Origin: Alphaproteobacteria bacterium
GTDB lineage: Bacteria > Pseudomonadota > Alphaproteobacteria > Rs-D84
Length of the DNA: 64,000 bases
Reading direction: 5' to 3'
NCBI GenBank assembly: GCA_031549365.1
Contig: JAVBPX010000003.1
Span: forward strand, 1 to 64,000
Shown: in pieces, positions 1-8,470 of the stretch
How positions within the stretch are numbered: position 1 is the first letter of the stretch
Layout of the letters: the number at the start of each line of letters is the position of its first letter
Position numbers and translations under genes: made by a program
The notes under the pieces: model-generated
Told to the model about the DNA's origin: nothing
What the model saw: the letters and a program-made list of their open reading frames with translations, nothing else
Database searches by the model: none

Positions 1-1
1 A

Positions 2-466
2 ATAACAGCAACATATACCAAATCGGGACAGTCATCCCAATCATGCGAAATTCAAGCAAACGCAAATGACACCGCTGCTGAATTATCGATTGATATAACG
101 GCGATGACGGATGAGGCGTGGAAAGCCGGATACCTGTGCGCATTGGCCAAGGCCGGATCGGGCCAAATTACATTTGGTTCAAGCGTAACCGAGATTCATA
201 TTTCAAAAGCAATGTTGGACACATTTGAACTTAAATATGCAGGGTCAAGCACGATTGAAAAACAGTTTATAACCTCTATCCTAGTCGAAGGTGTAGCAAA
301 AATAGATTCTGCTATCGTTTCTGATTGGTCCAGCTGTCCAACAACAAGAACTGAATATGACGAAATATTTACTATTTTACGAACATATTTGTCTACCCCA
401 TTACAATCTTCACTACGAACATTAAGATCGTCCAGCGGGATAGTTTGCTCAAGGCCAACATCCTAA
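2..466 (+). CDS. hypothetical protein, 5'-partial (frame open from window start)
   Basis: Frame of ORF 104..466 has no stop back to position 2 (ITATYTKSGQSSQSCEIQ...); followed by a terminator. Confidence 0.6.
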   Translation: MTATYTKSGQSSQSCEIQANANDTAAELSIDITAMTDEAWKAGYLCALAKAGSGQITFGSSVTEIHISKAMLDTFELKYAGSSTIEKQFITSILVEGVAKIDSAIVSDWSSCPTTRTEYDEIFTILRTYLSTPLQSSLRTLRSSSGIVCSRPTS

Positions 467-500
467 AAAACTCAATAAAAATCACGATTGGTATTTATTC

Positions 501-536
501 AACAAAAAAACACTCCTGCAGGAGTGTTTTTTTGTT
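501..536. terminator. bidirectional intrinsic terminator
   Basis: Perfect 36-bp palindrome AACAAAAAAACACTCCTG/CAGGAGTGTTTTTTTGTT between convergent genes. Confidence 0.85.
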
Positions 537-554
537 TAGATATTCCATCAGTTA

Positions 555-2177
555 TTATCTACCACCACGAGAACGCGCCGATCTTTGAACCGAGGATGGT
601 TCAACAATTGTTATATCATATGCAACCGCAATCCAATCAAAATATTGTTCCAATATTGCTTCGCGCGCGGCCCCAACAGCCTGCGATCTTGGGTCGTTTG
701 CTGGGAAATCCCAAACCAATGTGAACGCAGGTGTTCCCATCGGAATAATCCCGGACTGAAACGACATACGATCCAATAATTTAAATACGCTGTCTGCCGA
801 ATGTACAGAATTTAAAGTTGGGTTGAAAACAAATGTACCTGACGAAGATTTTTCAATACCGATCTTGCCAGATGTTGTGTTATCTGCGGATTTAGCGGCA
901 CGTAAAAATTCAGAGTTTTCATATTCGTTGTTTGTTTGATAGTGTATACCTGCCAAAACAGCCTTCATAATCCAAATGCTGTTTTTATCAAATGACGATG
1001 CAAAGGTATTAAATTTTTTGATATCTTCAAAATTTACTGTACCAAAATTGAAATAATTATTATCGCTTCCGGTAAATTTAATTGAATTCATGTTTGATTC
1101 ACCAAATTTTGCAATCAAATCTGAAATTGATCCTGTGATTTTTCCATTTGGAACAACACGTTTTGTATCAATAAATTTATCATCAATGTTTTGGATTGTT
1201 GACCAAAGCGATGCATCGGCGACCAAAACATCTGATTTAATTTTTACAGCATTTTCTTTGTTAATATTTGCCGGTGCCGCTGTATCAAATTTAAATCCAT
1301 TTGATTTAATATTTGGTTCGTTCATTTCGCGGTATTTTTTCGCAGTCATATCAACCGAACCATTTGCCGACAAATTGTTTGCGCGGATACCGGCAACGTT
1401 ATCGGATGTTTTAACTGTCAAATTGTTGATTTTTATTGATGCGTTTTCAAAACGTTTTTCGTTCAATTTGGTCAAATCGGTTACATTTTCCATGTACCAA
1501 ACACGACCATTATCACCAGATTTTAATTTTTCAGAACGCGCATTCAAAAATGCGTCATCAATTGTTACGGCATCCGCGCCTGGTTTTAAAAATTCGGCTT
1601 CGACCTTGCCCGCGTCCGCCATCGAATTAATAATCGCGGTATTAACACGAACAGCCGTTCCATTATCAACGTTTACATCGCCCAAGTTTTCCAATTCATC
1701 AACAACAAAACGATTTGATGCGTTTATTGACGATGCAACAATTAATGGTTTTTCATTTGCATTATATTCGGCCAATTTTAATGTAACAGACGATGTTTTC
1801 GGTGCAATTTTTGCCGGTTTGCCCGGTTTTGCATAAACATTTTTGGCTTCGTTTAATTTTTTTGCATTTTCCAATGTATTTGCTGCCAATTCCCAAGTAT
1901 CAGTATTCATGACAACAAAAACGGAATCTTTGGCCCCGATGAACAAACGGGATGAATCCGCAGCCGATGCCAATTGTTCGTGAACCAATTTTGGATCAGA
2001 AATTTCAATTGTACATTTTTTATCCCAATTTATTGGTTTTGGATCTGGGTCTGGGTCCCTGCGACATGATGTGGCCATTAAAATGGTTGCCAATGCGGTC
2101 AATCCAAATCCGCGAATTGTGCGCGAATTAAATAATGTTTTGAAACCCTGTTCCAGCTTTTCTGTACGTTTTGTCAT
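555..2177 (-). CDS. hypothetical lipoprotein, 540 aa, Bacteroidota-style lipobox, C-terminus RSRGGR
   Basis: Hydrophobic stretch LTALATILMATS-C followed by RRDPDPDPKP; SD AGGAGG and TTGACA-17-TATATT promoter upstream. Confidence 0.75.
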   Translation of the reverse strand: MTKRTEKLEQGFKTLFNSRTIRGFGLTALATILMATSCRRDPDPDPKPINWDKKCTIEISDPKLVHEQLASAADSSRLFIGAKDSVFVVMNTDTWELAANTLENAKKLNEAKNVYAKPGKPAKIAPKTSSVTLKLAEYNANEKPLIVASSINASNRFVVDELENLGDVNVDNGTAVRVNTAIINSMADAGKVEAEFLKPGADAVTIDDAFLNARSEKLKSGDNGRVWYMENVTDLTKLNEKRFENASIKINNLTVKTSDNVAGIRANNLSANGSVDMTAKKYREMNEPNIKSNGFKFDTAAPANINKENAVKIKSDVLVADASLWSTIQNIDDKFIDTKRVVPNGKITGSISDLIAKFGESNMNSIKFTGSDNNYFNFGTVNFEDIKKFNTFASSFDKNSIWIMKAVLAGIHYQTNNEYENSEFLRAAKSADNTTSGKIGIEKSSSGTFVFNPTLNSVHSADSVFKLLDRMSFQSGIIPMGTPAFTLVWDFPANDPRSQAVGAAREAILEQYFDWIAVAYDITIVEPSSVQRSARSRGGR

Positions 2178-2213
2178 AATTTGGCCTCCTATATCCTTTG
2201 CCTATATTCGTAA

Positions 2214-2240
2214 TATAGCACTAATTTTTTATTTGTCAAG
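2214..2240 (-). promoter_or_regulatory. sigma70-type promoter of the 540-aa gene (approximate limits)
   Basis: Minus strand TTGACA-aataaaaaattagtgc-TATATT with extended -10 TG. Confidence 0.65.
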
Positions 2241-2383
2241 ACAATTACAAATATTTTTTATTCATTCGCTATGCCCGGCTAGCCGTGGGATAAAAGTCAT
2301 AAATCATTGTTTTTTGCCATAAAATTATATCACAACCAATGCCAATTTGCAAGTTTTTATGGAATTATGTGGAGATCGCACCC

Positions 2384-2995
2384 TCACCGGCCGTGGAACA
2401 TTAACATTTGTTGCGATAATTCGCGGGTATATTTTTGTGATTGGCGCATCATTTGTCTAATTATTTTGGACATGCGTGGGCGCGCGGGATTATATTTTGT
2501 CCCAATTAATCGGGTCATGAAAAAATAATGTATATCCATGCAATCCAAATAAAATTCGTGTTCAAATTCATGTTGAATATATTTTTTTGATTTAATTTCG
2601 AATTCATTAATTGGACGAAATGAATGACGGACGTTCGATTCCGGGTCTTTGTCGCAAAATTGCATAACATCGCGCCAACGGCTGGCGTATTCAGGGGCAT
2701 TGAAAAATAACGGATCAAAAATAACAACACGACCGTCAACCACAACACCAGCCGCCACATGATATGTGGCCGCATGCCACGCGTTATTATTTATATCGAT
2801 TAATAAATTGTCATTACGACGGCGACGTTCACCGATCATCACAGTTATCGGTTCATATCCGTTTTCCACCAATTTTTTACATATATAATTTGCACGGTAA
2901 AAACAGCCGTCGCATGGAACATCCAAAAACAACATTGGATCTTCGACCAATTCGTTGAATATAGAAACCAGTCCGCGTAAATTTATTGCCTTCAT
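2384..2995 (-). CDS. protein-glutamine glutaminase (deamidase)-like protein
   Basis: Motifs DGCFYRAN, YHVA and VIFDPLF match the Cys-His-Asp triad pattern DGCYARAH / WxYHVA / VxDPSLF; own TTGACA/TATATT promoter and GGGGG SD. Confidence 0.75.
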   Translation of the reverse strand: MKAINLRGLVSIFNELVEDPMLFLDVPCDGCFYRANYICKKLVENGYEPITVMIGERRRRNDNLLIDINNNAWHAATYHVAAGVVVDGRVVIFDPLFFNAPEYASRWRDVMQFCDKDPESNVRHSFRPINEFEIKSKKYIQHEFEHEFYLDCMDIHYFFMTRLIGTKYNPARPRMSKIIRQMMRQSQKYTRELSQQMLMFHGR

Positions 2996-3086
2996 ATTGC
3001 CCCCGTTGTTTACAGAAACAATATATCGGATATTTATTTTTTGTCAAGCGAAAAACGCGATTAAAATCATAAAATTTCATAATATT

Positions 3087-3188
3087 GTCATCGCGAGCGC
3101 ACGCGTGGCGATCCAGTAATAAAATGATCGCAACGCGACATTATATTGATTCAATTTAACTGAATCCTTTCGCCATGCTCAGGATGAC
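3087..3188. repeat. REP/RPE-like palindromic element
   Basis: Begins GTCATCGCGAG..GTGGCGATCCAG and ends CTGAATCC..CTCAGGATGAC, with complementary termini GTCATC/GATGAC and an internal TCGCAACGCGA hairpin. Confidence 0.55.
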
Positions 3189-3301
3189 CAGGAATAAAGA
3201 CCTCATCCCCGGGAAGGCAAAAAGCTTAAAAACTTAGGACAACGCGCTTACCCAATCAAAGATTGGGCTCCTTGTTACATAAATGAGGAATGACAATAAA
3301 C

Positions 3302-3331
3302 AAAATCCCCTGGATTGCTCCGGGGGATTTT
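3302..3331 (-). terminator. intrinsic terminator of rpsF-rpsR-rplI
   Basis: AAAATCCCCTGGA-TTGC-TCCGGGGGATTTT hairpin just past the rplI stop. Confidence 0.75.
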
Positions 3332-3352
3332 GCCTCAGTCTTCCAAAATCGC

Positions 3353-3898
3353 TTATTCAGCAATTTCTTCGGATTTTTCAGCTGTTTCTTTTTCAACAGC
3401 TTTGTCGGCGGCTGGTTTTGCCGATTTGCCGGCAACCAATGCTTCGATTTCTTCGTTCGTTGGCGCAATGTAAACACGAATTGGCACAATAACATCGGCG
3501 TGTAATGCAACAGATGTTTCAACCATTCCAACTGTTTTAATTGGATTGCCCAACAAAATTTGATTTGATTCAACAGCAATACCCTGATCGGACAATGCGC
3601 GTGCAATGTCACGTGTGGAAACAGAACCGTATAAATGGCCTGTATCCCCTGCTTGGCGGATCATGTATAATTTTGCTTTTTCAACTTTGGATACCAAAGC
3701 TTCTGCTGATTTTTTTGCAGTTGCGTGTTTAGCTTCCAAATCTTTTTTCTGTTGTTCAAATACTTCGGCATTTGCTTTGGTAAAACGCAATGCTTTTTTG
3801 TTTGGCAACAAATAATTTCTGGCGTATCCTGTGGCCACATCAACAACGTCGCCGATGTTTCCCAAATTTACCATTTTTTCAGTTAAAATAACTTTCAT
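3353..3898 (-). CDS. rplI: 50S ribosomal protein L9
   Basis: MKVILTEKMVNLGNIGDVVDVATGYARNYLLP and GHLYGSV motifs; rpsF-rpsR-rplI order. Confidence 0.97.
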   Translation of the reverse strand: MKVILTEKMVNLGNIGDVVDVATGYARNYLLPNKKALRFTKANAEVFEQQKKDLEAKHATAKKSAEALVSKVEKAKLYMIRQAGDTGHLYGSVSTRDIARALSDQGIAVESNQILLGNPIKTVGMVETSVALHADVIVPIRVYIAPTNEEIEALVAGKSAKPAADKAVEKETAEKSEEIAE

Positions 3899-3910
3899 TT
3901 AAACCCCCAA

Positions 3911-4138
3911 TTATCCCAAATTATTACGAACAAATGGCATTAATCCCAAATGACGAGCACGTTTAATTGCCAACGCCAGAGCACGTTGATTTTTCGCGGA
4001 AATTCCGGAAATACGTGATGGGACGATTTTGCCACGTTCAGAAATGTAACGGGACAATAATTTAACGTCTTTGTAATCGATTGCTTTGTTTTTTAATGGA
4101 TCTGATTTTTTGCGATAGATCGCTGCACGTACTGCCAT
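3911..4138 (-). CDS. rpsR: 30S ribosomal protein S18
   Basis: [42 protein letters not shown]. Confidence 0.97.
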   Translation of the reverse strand: MAVRAAIYRKKSDPLKNKAIDYKDVKLLSRYISERGKIVPSRISGISAKNQRALALAIKRARHLGLMPFVRNNLG

Positions 4139-4476
4139 TATTCGTCTCCTTCGTCATTGTTTTTCATCATAATGCTTGGACCTTTTTGAAATTCATCTGT
4201 CGCGATGTTCAAAAAGCGGATAACGTCTTCGTCGATACGCAACAAACGTTCGTATTCGGCAACAGCTTCGCCTGGCAATTCGATGTTCAACATTACATAA
4301 TGTGCTTTTTTGTTTTTGCGGATAACATAAGCCAAAGTTTTCAAACCCCAAAATTCGGAATTTACAACTTTACCTTTTAAATCCTTCACAATTTTTGTGA
4401 ATTTTTCGGCCTTTTCTTTGACCTGGGCCTCGGTCAGATCTTGGCGAAATACCAAGACGCTTTCGTATAACGGCAT
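4138..4476 (-). CDS. rpsF: 30S ribosomal protein S6
   Basis: [32 protein letters not shown]; SD AGGAG. Confidence 0.97.
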   Translation of the reverse strand: MPLYESVLVFRQDLTEAQVKEKAEKFTKIVKDLKGKVVNSEFWGLKTLAYVIRKNKKAHYVMLNIELPGEAVAEYERLLRIDEDVIRFLNIATDEFQKGPSIMMKNNDEGDE

Positions 4477-4481
4477 CAATA

Positions 4482-4540
4482 ACTCCTTTGGTTAACCGTG
4501 GTTAGCCGGACACATACGATGCAGGTATCCAGCAGGAAGC
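4482..4540 (-). promoter_or_regulatory. putative S6:S18 ribosomal-protein leader RNA
   Basis: Minus strand CTTCCTGC-TGGATAC..GTGTCCG-GC..ACCAAAGGAG; 5' CUUCC can pair with the SD GGAG, with CC-R just before it, upstream of rpsF. Confidence 0.55.
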
Positions 4541-4647
4541 CGACACAATATATACTTAAATTTACGAAAATGCAAGGATTTTTATTATTCCCTCTTGATT
4601 TTTGTCATATATATAAATAGAATTGCCGCATAAACATGAGGGTTTAC

Positions 4648-5076
4648 ATGAAAAAATACACAATATTATTGGCAACACTGCCGTTTTTGGCCGGTTGCGC
4701 AACATATTTGGATTATTCAAATATGCCAAACGAATTGGAAATTCAAAATACCGATAATGCTTTGATGAAAATTGCAATTGAATCGGATGCTGGGATTGAT
4801 GAAACATATGCACCAAAAATTGTTATGGCCCGTCCTACACGTAATGGAGATTTAACAATTCGCGTAATTGATCAATGTTATTATTCCGAAACAAAAAAAT
4901 TAGAAGTAGAAACAAATTCAAACATTTGGTGGAATTTGATTATGCCTCCATTTTTCTTGGTTGATTGGGCAACGGGATATATGTGGGAATATCCAACGAA
5001 AATTATTTTAGACCCTGCCCGCAAACCGGTTTGTTCCGAAAATTCGGTTGTAACATTCAAAGAATTGGTGAAATAA
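4648..5076 (+). CDS. lipoprotein of unknown function
   Basis: MKKYTILLATLPFLAG-C lipobox, SD GAGGG; C-terminal NIWWNL..VDWATGYMW motif. Confidence 0.8.
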   Translation: MKKYTILLATLPFLAGCATYLDYSNMPNELEIQNTDNALMKIAIESDAGIDETYAPKIVMARPTRNGDLTIRVIDQCYYSETKKLEVETNSNIWWNLIMPPFFLVDWATGYMWEYPTKIILDPARKPVCSENSVVTFKELVK

Positions 5077-5077
5077 C

Positions 5078-5719
5078 ATGAAAAAATTAATTGCTTTATT
5101 TTCAACTGTGTTGGTTGCTGCTTGCGGATCATCATTTACACCAAAAAATTTGGATCGTGAAAATGTTGGATATTTAATGATCCGCCAACCATACGCGTCC
5201 AAGGTTGCATTTGAAAACAAAAAGCCAATTGGTGGCGCAGACAATGAATTGATATTGGAACCAGATTCCGATTATGAATTGTTTGAATTAACACCTGGCA
5301 CTTATTATATGACTACATACAGCTTTTTGATGGGCGTTACACAATACACCACATTCCAGGGCCGTCAGCAAGTAACCCACACCGTTTACCATTATCGTAA
5401 CCCAACGGACAAGGCAAACAAAATAAATTTGGATAAACGCGATTCCCATAATGGAATTTACGCATCGTTCGAAATTAAACCAGGTGTTGTAAATTATGTT
5501 GGTGATTTAAAATTTTATCACGTGGTTGAAAACATGGTTTTGGGATGGACCGATGAATCGGACGAAGCCAAACAATGGCTGGCCGAAAAATATCCAGAAT
5601 TAATGCCAAAATTTGATAAACATTTGGGCAAACGCGGACCATTGTTTGAAAATCAACGTGTTGATATTTCGGACAAAGCCGCATACGAAAAACGATTTTA
5701 TTTAAAGGGTGCCGAATAA
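5078..5719 (+). CDS. lipoprotein of unknown function
   Basis: MKKLIALFSTVLVAA-C lipobox; LTPGTYY and FEIKPGVVNYVGD beta-sandwich-type motifs; coupled to the upstream gene. Confidence 0.8.
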   Translation: MKKLIALFSTVLVAACGSSFTPKNLDRENVGYLMIRQPYASKVAFENKKPIGGADNELILEPDSDYELFELTPGTYYMTTYSFLMGVTQYTTFQGRQQVTHTVYHYRNPTDKANKINLDKRDSHNGIYASFEIKPGVVNYVGDLKFYHVVENMVLGWTDESDEAKQWLAEKYPELMPKFDKHLGKRGPLFENQRVDISDKAAYEKRFYLKGAE

Positions 5720-5737
5720 ATATCGCACAAAACAATT

Positions 5738-5767
5738 CAACGGTCGGGATACGACCGTTGTTTTTTA
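5738..5767 (+). terminator. intrinsic terminator
   Basis: CAACGGTCG-GGATA-CGACCGTTG followed by T6. Confidence 0.8.
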
Positions 5768-5807
5768 TCCTATTGGAAATGCTGGTCGGACATGATATAA
5801 TTGCCGG

Positions 5808-6698
5808 ATGATTGGAATTGTACTCGCCTTTGCTCATACAATATTTCATGCGTTTTCAAATGTATTGGATTCCCATATTTCAAATAATATTTTTACGCGC
5901 CCGACATCCATTACTTACTTCAATAATTTTACAAATTTATTGATAATTCCGTTTTTGTTATTGATTTCCATGCCCGTGGCGCTGTCGCTCAATACCGTAA
6001 TTGTATTATTGATTGTTGCCATGATCGAAGTGCTGTATCAGATCCCATATTATCGCGCATTGCAAAAAATGGATACTTCGATTGTTGTTGCGCTGTTTTA
6101 CTTGGGCCAAATTATTGTACCGGTTATGGCCTATTTCCTGGTCGATGAAAAATTGTCACCAATAAAATATATTGGATTTTTTATAGTTATATTTTCAGCC
6201 ATAATTTTATCATTGGAAAACGTTAAAAAATTAAAAATCAATGGCGCATTTTATTTGATGTTGTTATGTTCATTTATGTTATCGGCCCAGATTGTTTTAA
6301 TGAAATATGTATTGATTGAAATGAATTGGGTCAGCACGATTATTTATATGATGTTGTTTTCATTCGCTTTGTCGCAATGCTTTTTATTGGCCCCCGCCAT
6401 GCGTCGCGATATTGTACCAGGATTTAAAAAGTACTTTAAAAACATTCATTTATTCATCGGCACAGAATTTATGACACAAATGGGATCCATTATCGGGATC
6501 ATAGCATTATCCATGATTCCAGTTGTTTATTTTGAATCAATTGATGCGACCCAACCAATCGCTGTATTGATAATCAGTTTGATTTCAGGTGCATTCATGG
6601 GCAAAAATTTATTCGAAAAAAATAACCGAACCAACATAATCAAAAAAACCGTTTGTTTTGCATTAATCGCCATGGGCGTTTATTTGGTAATTGCTTGA
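5808..6698 (+). CDS. EamA/DMT family transporter
   Basis: About 10 hydrophobic segments, 296 aa, YYRAL..DTSIVVAL..EKLS motif; TGATATAAT lies 6 nt before the ATG (leaderless). Confidence 0.85.
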   Translation: MIGIVLAFAHTIFHAFSNVLDSHISNNIFTRPTSITYFNNFTNLLIIPFLLLISMPVALSLNTVIVLLIVAMIEVLYQIPYYRALQKMDTSIVVALFYLGQIIVPVMAYFLVDEKLSPIKYIGFFIVIFSAIILSLENVKKLKINGAFYLMLLCSFMLSAQIVLMKYVLIEMNWVSTIIYMMLFSFALSQCFLLAPAMRRDIVPGFKKYFKNIHLFIGTEFMTQMGSIIGIIALSMIPVVYFESIDATQPIAVLIISLISGAFMGKNLFEKNNRTNIIKKTVCFALIAMGVYLVIA

Positions 6699-6732
6699 CA
6701 GTTTTGCGTTTGTGATGTATAAATCCCGATAT

Positions 6733-6809
6733 CGGAGTGTGGCTCAGCCTGGTAGAGTACTTGCATGGGGTGCAAGGGGTCGTGGGTTCAAATCCCGCCA
6801 CTCCGACCA
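6733..6809 (+). tRNA. tRNA-Pro(GGG)
   Basis: Cloverleaf CGGAGTG..CACTCCG-ACCA, anticodon arm CTTGC-ATGGGGT-GCAAG, T-loop GTTCAAATC; TTGACA promoter upstream. Confidence 0.97.
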
Positions 6810-6848
6810 TTAATATATTTGAAAATGCGCCCTTGCGCAAATTGCTTG

Positions 6849-6898
6849 TTTTTTGCCGCGGCACGTACCAATACGTACGCTGGCGCGCGGTCAAAAAA
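6849..6898. repeat. palindromic REP-like element or terminator behind tRNA-Pro
   Basis: TTTTTTG-CCGCG..CGTAC-CAATAC-GTACG..CGCGG-TCAAAAAA. Confidence 0.5.
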
Positions 6899-7014
6899 CC
6901 GCGACAATTCACCCAATGATCACATTTTGAAATATATTTTTATAGGATGCGCAGTTCGAACAAGTCGAAATCCCAACATTGAAATCATAACGCACCGACC
7001 ATTTATTTAATATT

Positions 7015-7236
7015 TTGTTACAACTGGCAAACACTATAAAAATGTACGAGGGAAATAAACCGGGCCAAATCCGACTCGTCCCAAAAAATGAGACATATAT
7101 TTGGGTAACCCGTGGAGATGAAAAAGTGCGTCCTGAACACTCGGCGCTGGACGGGGAGGAAGAAAGATCGTGGTATGATGATCCACATCCAGGCGAAGAA
7201 TATGGGTGTCGATGCAGTGTAATTAAGGCTGATTAA
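7015..7236 (+). pseudogene. phage MuF / minor head morphogenesis domain fragment
   Basis: YIWVTRGDEKVRPEH..LDG..HPGEEYGCRC is the C-terminal MuF signature; the N-terminal part is missing. Confidence 0.7.
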
Positions 7237-7303
7237 ATTTTTTGTTGTATTATTTTTTTGTGCTTCTTACACGAATAATACCACATATACAGATTACTAT
7301 GAT

Positions 7304-7747
7304 ATGGATTACGGATTACCGAAAACGCCGGACAATATTGAAAGTTTTGATATAACCGAGGACGAAGAATCCGGCACTTTCTATGGGACATCAAACATAG
7401 ATACTTTTTATATTGACATAAATAATGATGAACGAAAAGACGCCATCAAACGCGGAACGTTTGTTACAATGACTGCTCACGGGTATACTTTTTATGAAAT
7501 TTATTTAAATAACGGCAAACGTATTGCGGAATTTAGGACTATCGAAGGTGCAGATTGCTTTTTACAGGTATATAAATTTCAGTTTAACCCATTTATCTTA
7601 ACCAAAGCGTCTCGCCCATTGGGGGAAGAGAGTTGGATTCAGCCAACAAAATCAAAAATTGAAAAATTTCAAATAATTGATGATAAATTGGAAAAAATAT
7701 CAGAAGACTCTGGCCCAACAATTTGCGATGTCCGTGAATTGTTGTAA
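7304..7747 (+). CDS. hypothetical protein, probably exported (frame extends to 7229)
   Basis: 147-aa ORF with DINNDERKD loop; in-frame upstream LIKFFVVLFFCAS resembles a signal peptide. Confidence 0.65.
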   Translation: MDYGLPKTPDNIESFDITEDEESGTFYGTSNIDTFYIDINNDERKDAIKRGTFVTMTAHGYTFYEIYLNNGKRIAEFRTIEGADCFLQVYKFQFNPFILTKASRPLGEESWIQPTKSKIEKFQIIDDKLEKISEDSGPTICDVRELL

Positions 7748-7780
7748 AAACTAAAAAACCACCATTTTGGTGATTTTTAA

Positions 7781-8152
7781 TTAATCAACACCAGTTAACA
7801 TTAATTTGGCGTTTAATAATAATGCGATTGCCTGATCGACTTCGTCACCGGACACGGGCGATAATTCCGCAACACCAACGGACGAATCGGCCGCGTTTGC
7901 AACCATTGCGCCACCACCGGTTAATAAAATCTTTTTCACGCCACGGATTGTATAACCCTGTTTGTATAATAAATCCTTGATCATGGCCAACATTTTCAAA
8001 TCGTTTTCACGATAATAACGGCGACCGCCACGACCGGTAACGGGTTTAATCATTGGAAATTGTTTTTCCCAAAAGCGCAAAATATGCGACGGCAAGTCCA
8101 GTTTTTTGGACACTTCGGTAATTGATAAAAAGTAACCGTTTTGCTCGTTCAT
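7781..8152 (-). CDS. MerR family transcriptional regulator
   Basis: SITEVSKKLDLPSHILRFWEKQF..GGRRYYR..QGYTIRGVK; canonical position after ihfA. Confidence 0.92.
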   Translation of the reverse strand: MNEQNGYFLSITEVSKKLDLPSHILRFWEKQFPMIKPVTGRGGRRYYRENDLKMLAMIKDLLYKQGYTIRGVKKILLTGGGAMVANAADSSVGVAELSPVSGDEVDQAIALLLNAKLMLTGVD

Positions 8153-8174
8153 ATATTCCCCCCAATATAACCCA

Positions 8175-8465
8175 TCAGCCGTTTGCAACTTTGGATTTAA
8201 ATGTTGGTGCTGGTTTAAAACTGATCACACGACGTGCGGAAATAACGTGTTCCACATTCGTTTTTGGATTACGACCAACGCGAGCACGTTTCTCCAACAC
8301 ACGAAATGTTCCAAAATGTTGCAATTTAATTTCTTCGCCTCGAATTGCAGCCCCGGCAATTTCTTCGAAAATTAAATCAACCAGTTCGTATCCTTCGGAA
8401 ATGGATAATCCCATGGTTTTGTTAATAGTTGCTGCCAAATCGGCGCGTGTAATGTTTTTTATCAT
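8175..8465 (-). CDS. ihfA: integration host factor alpha subunit
   Basis: TRADLA..IKLQHFGTF..RVGRNPKT..ISARRVISFKP; fabH-ihfA-merR synteny. Confidence 0.9.
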   Translation of the reverse strand: MIKNITRADLAATINKTMGLSISEGYELVDLIFEEIAGAAIRGEEIKLQHFGTFRVLEKRARVGRNPKTNVEHVISARRVISFKPAPTFKSKVANG

Positions 8466-8470
8466 AATAC

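Noticed and set aside
1090-1836. 248-aa plus-strand ORF, and the many other antisense ORFs inside long genes (e.g. 14018-22219)
   Set aside because: Shadow frames of real genes with biased codon usage; no SD or recognisable motifs.
6640-7010. Short ORFs overlapping tRNA-Pro
   Set aside because: They are translations of the tRNA and the adjacent palindrome.
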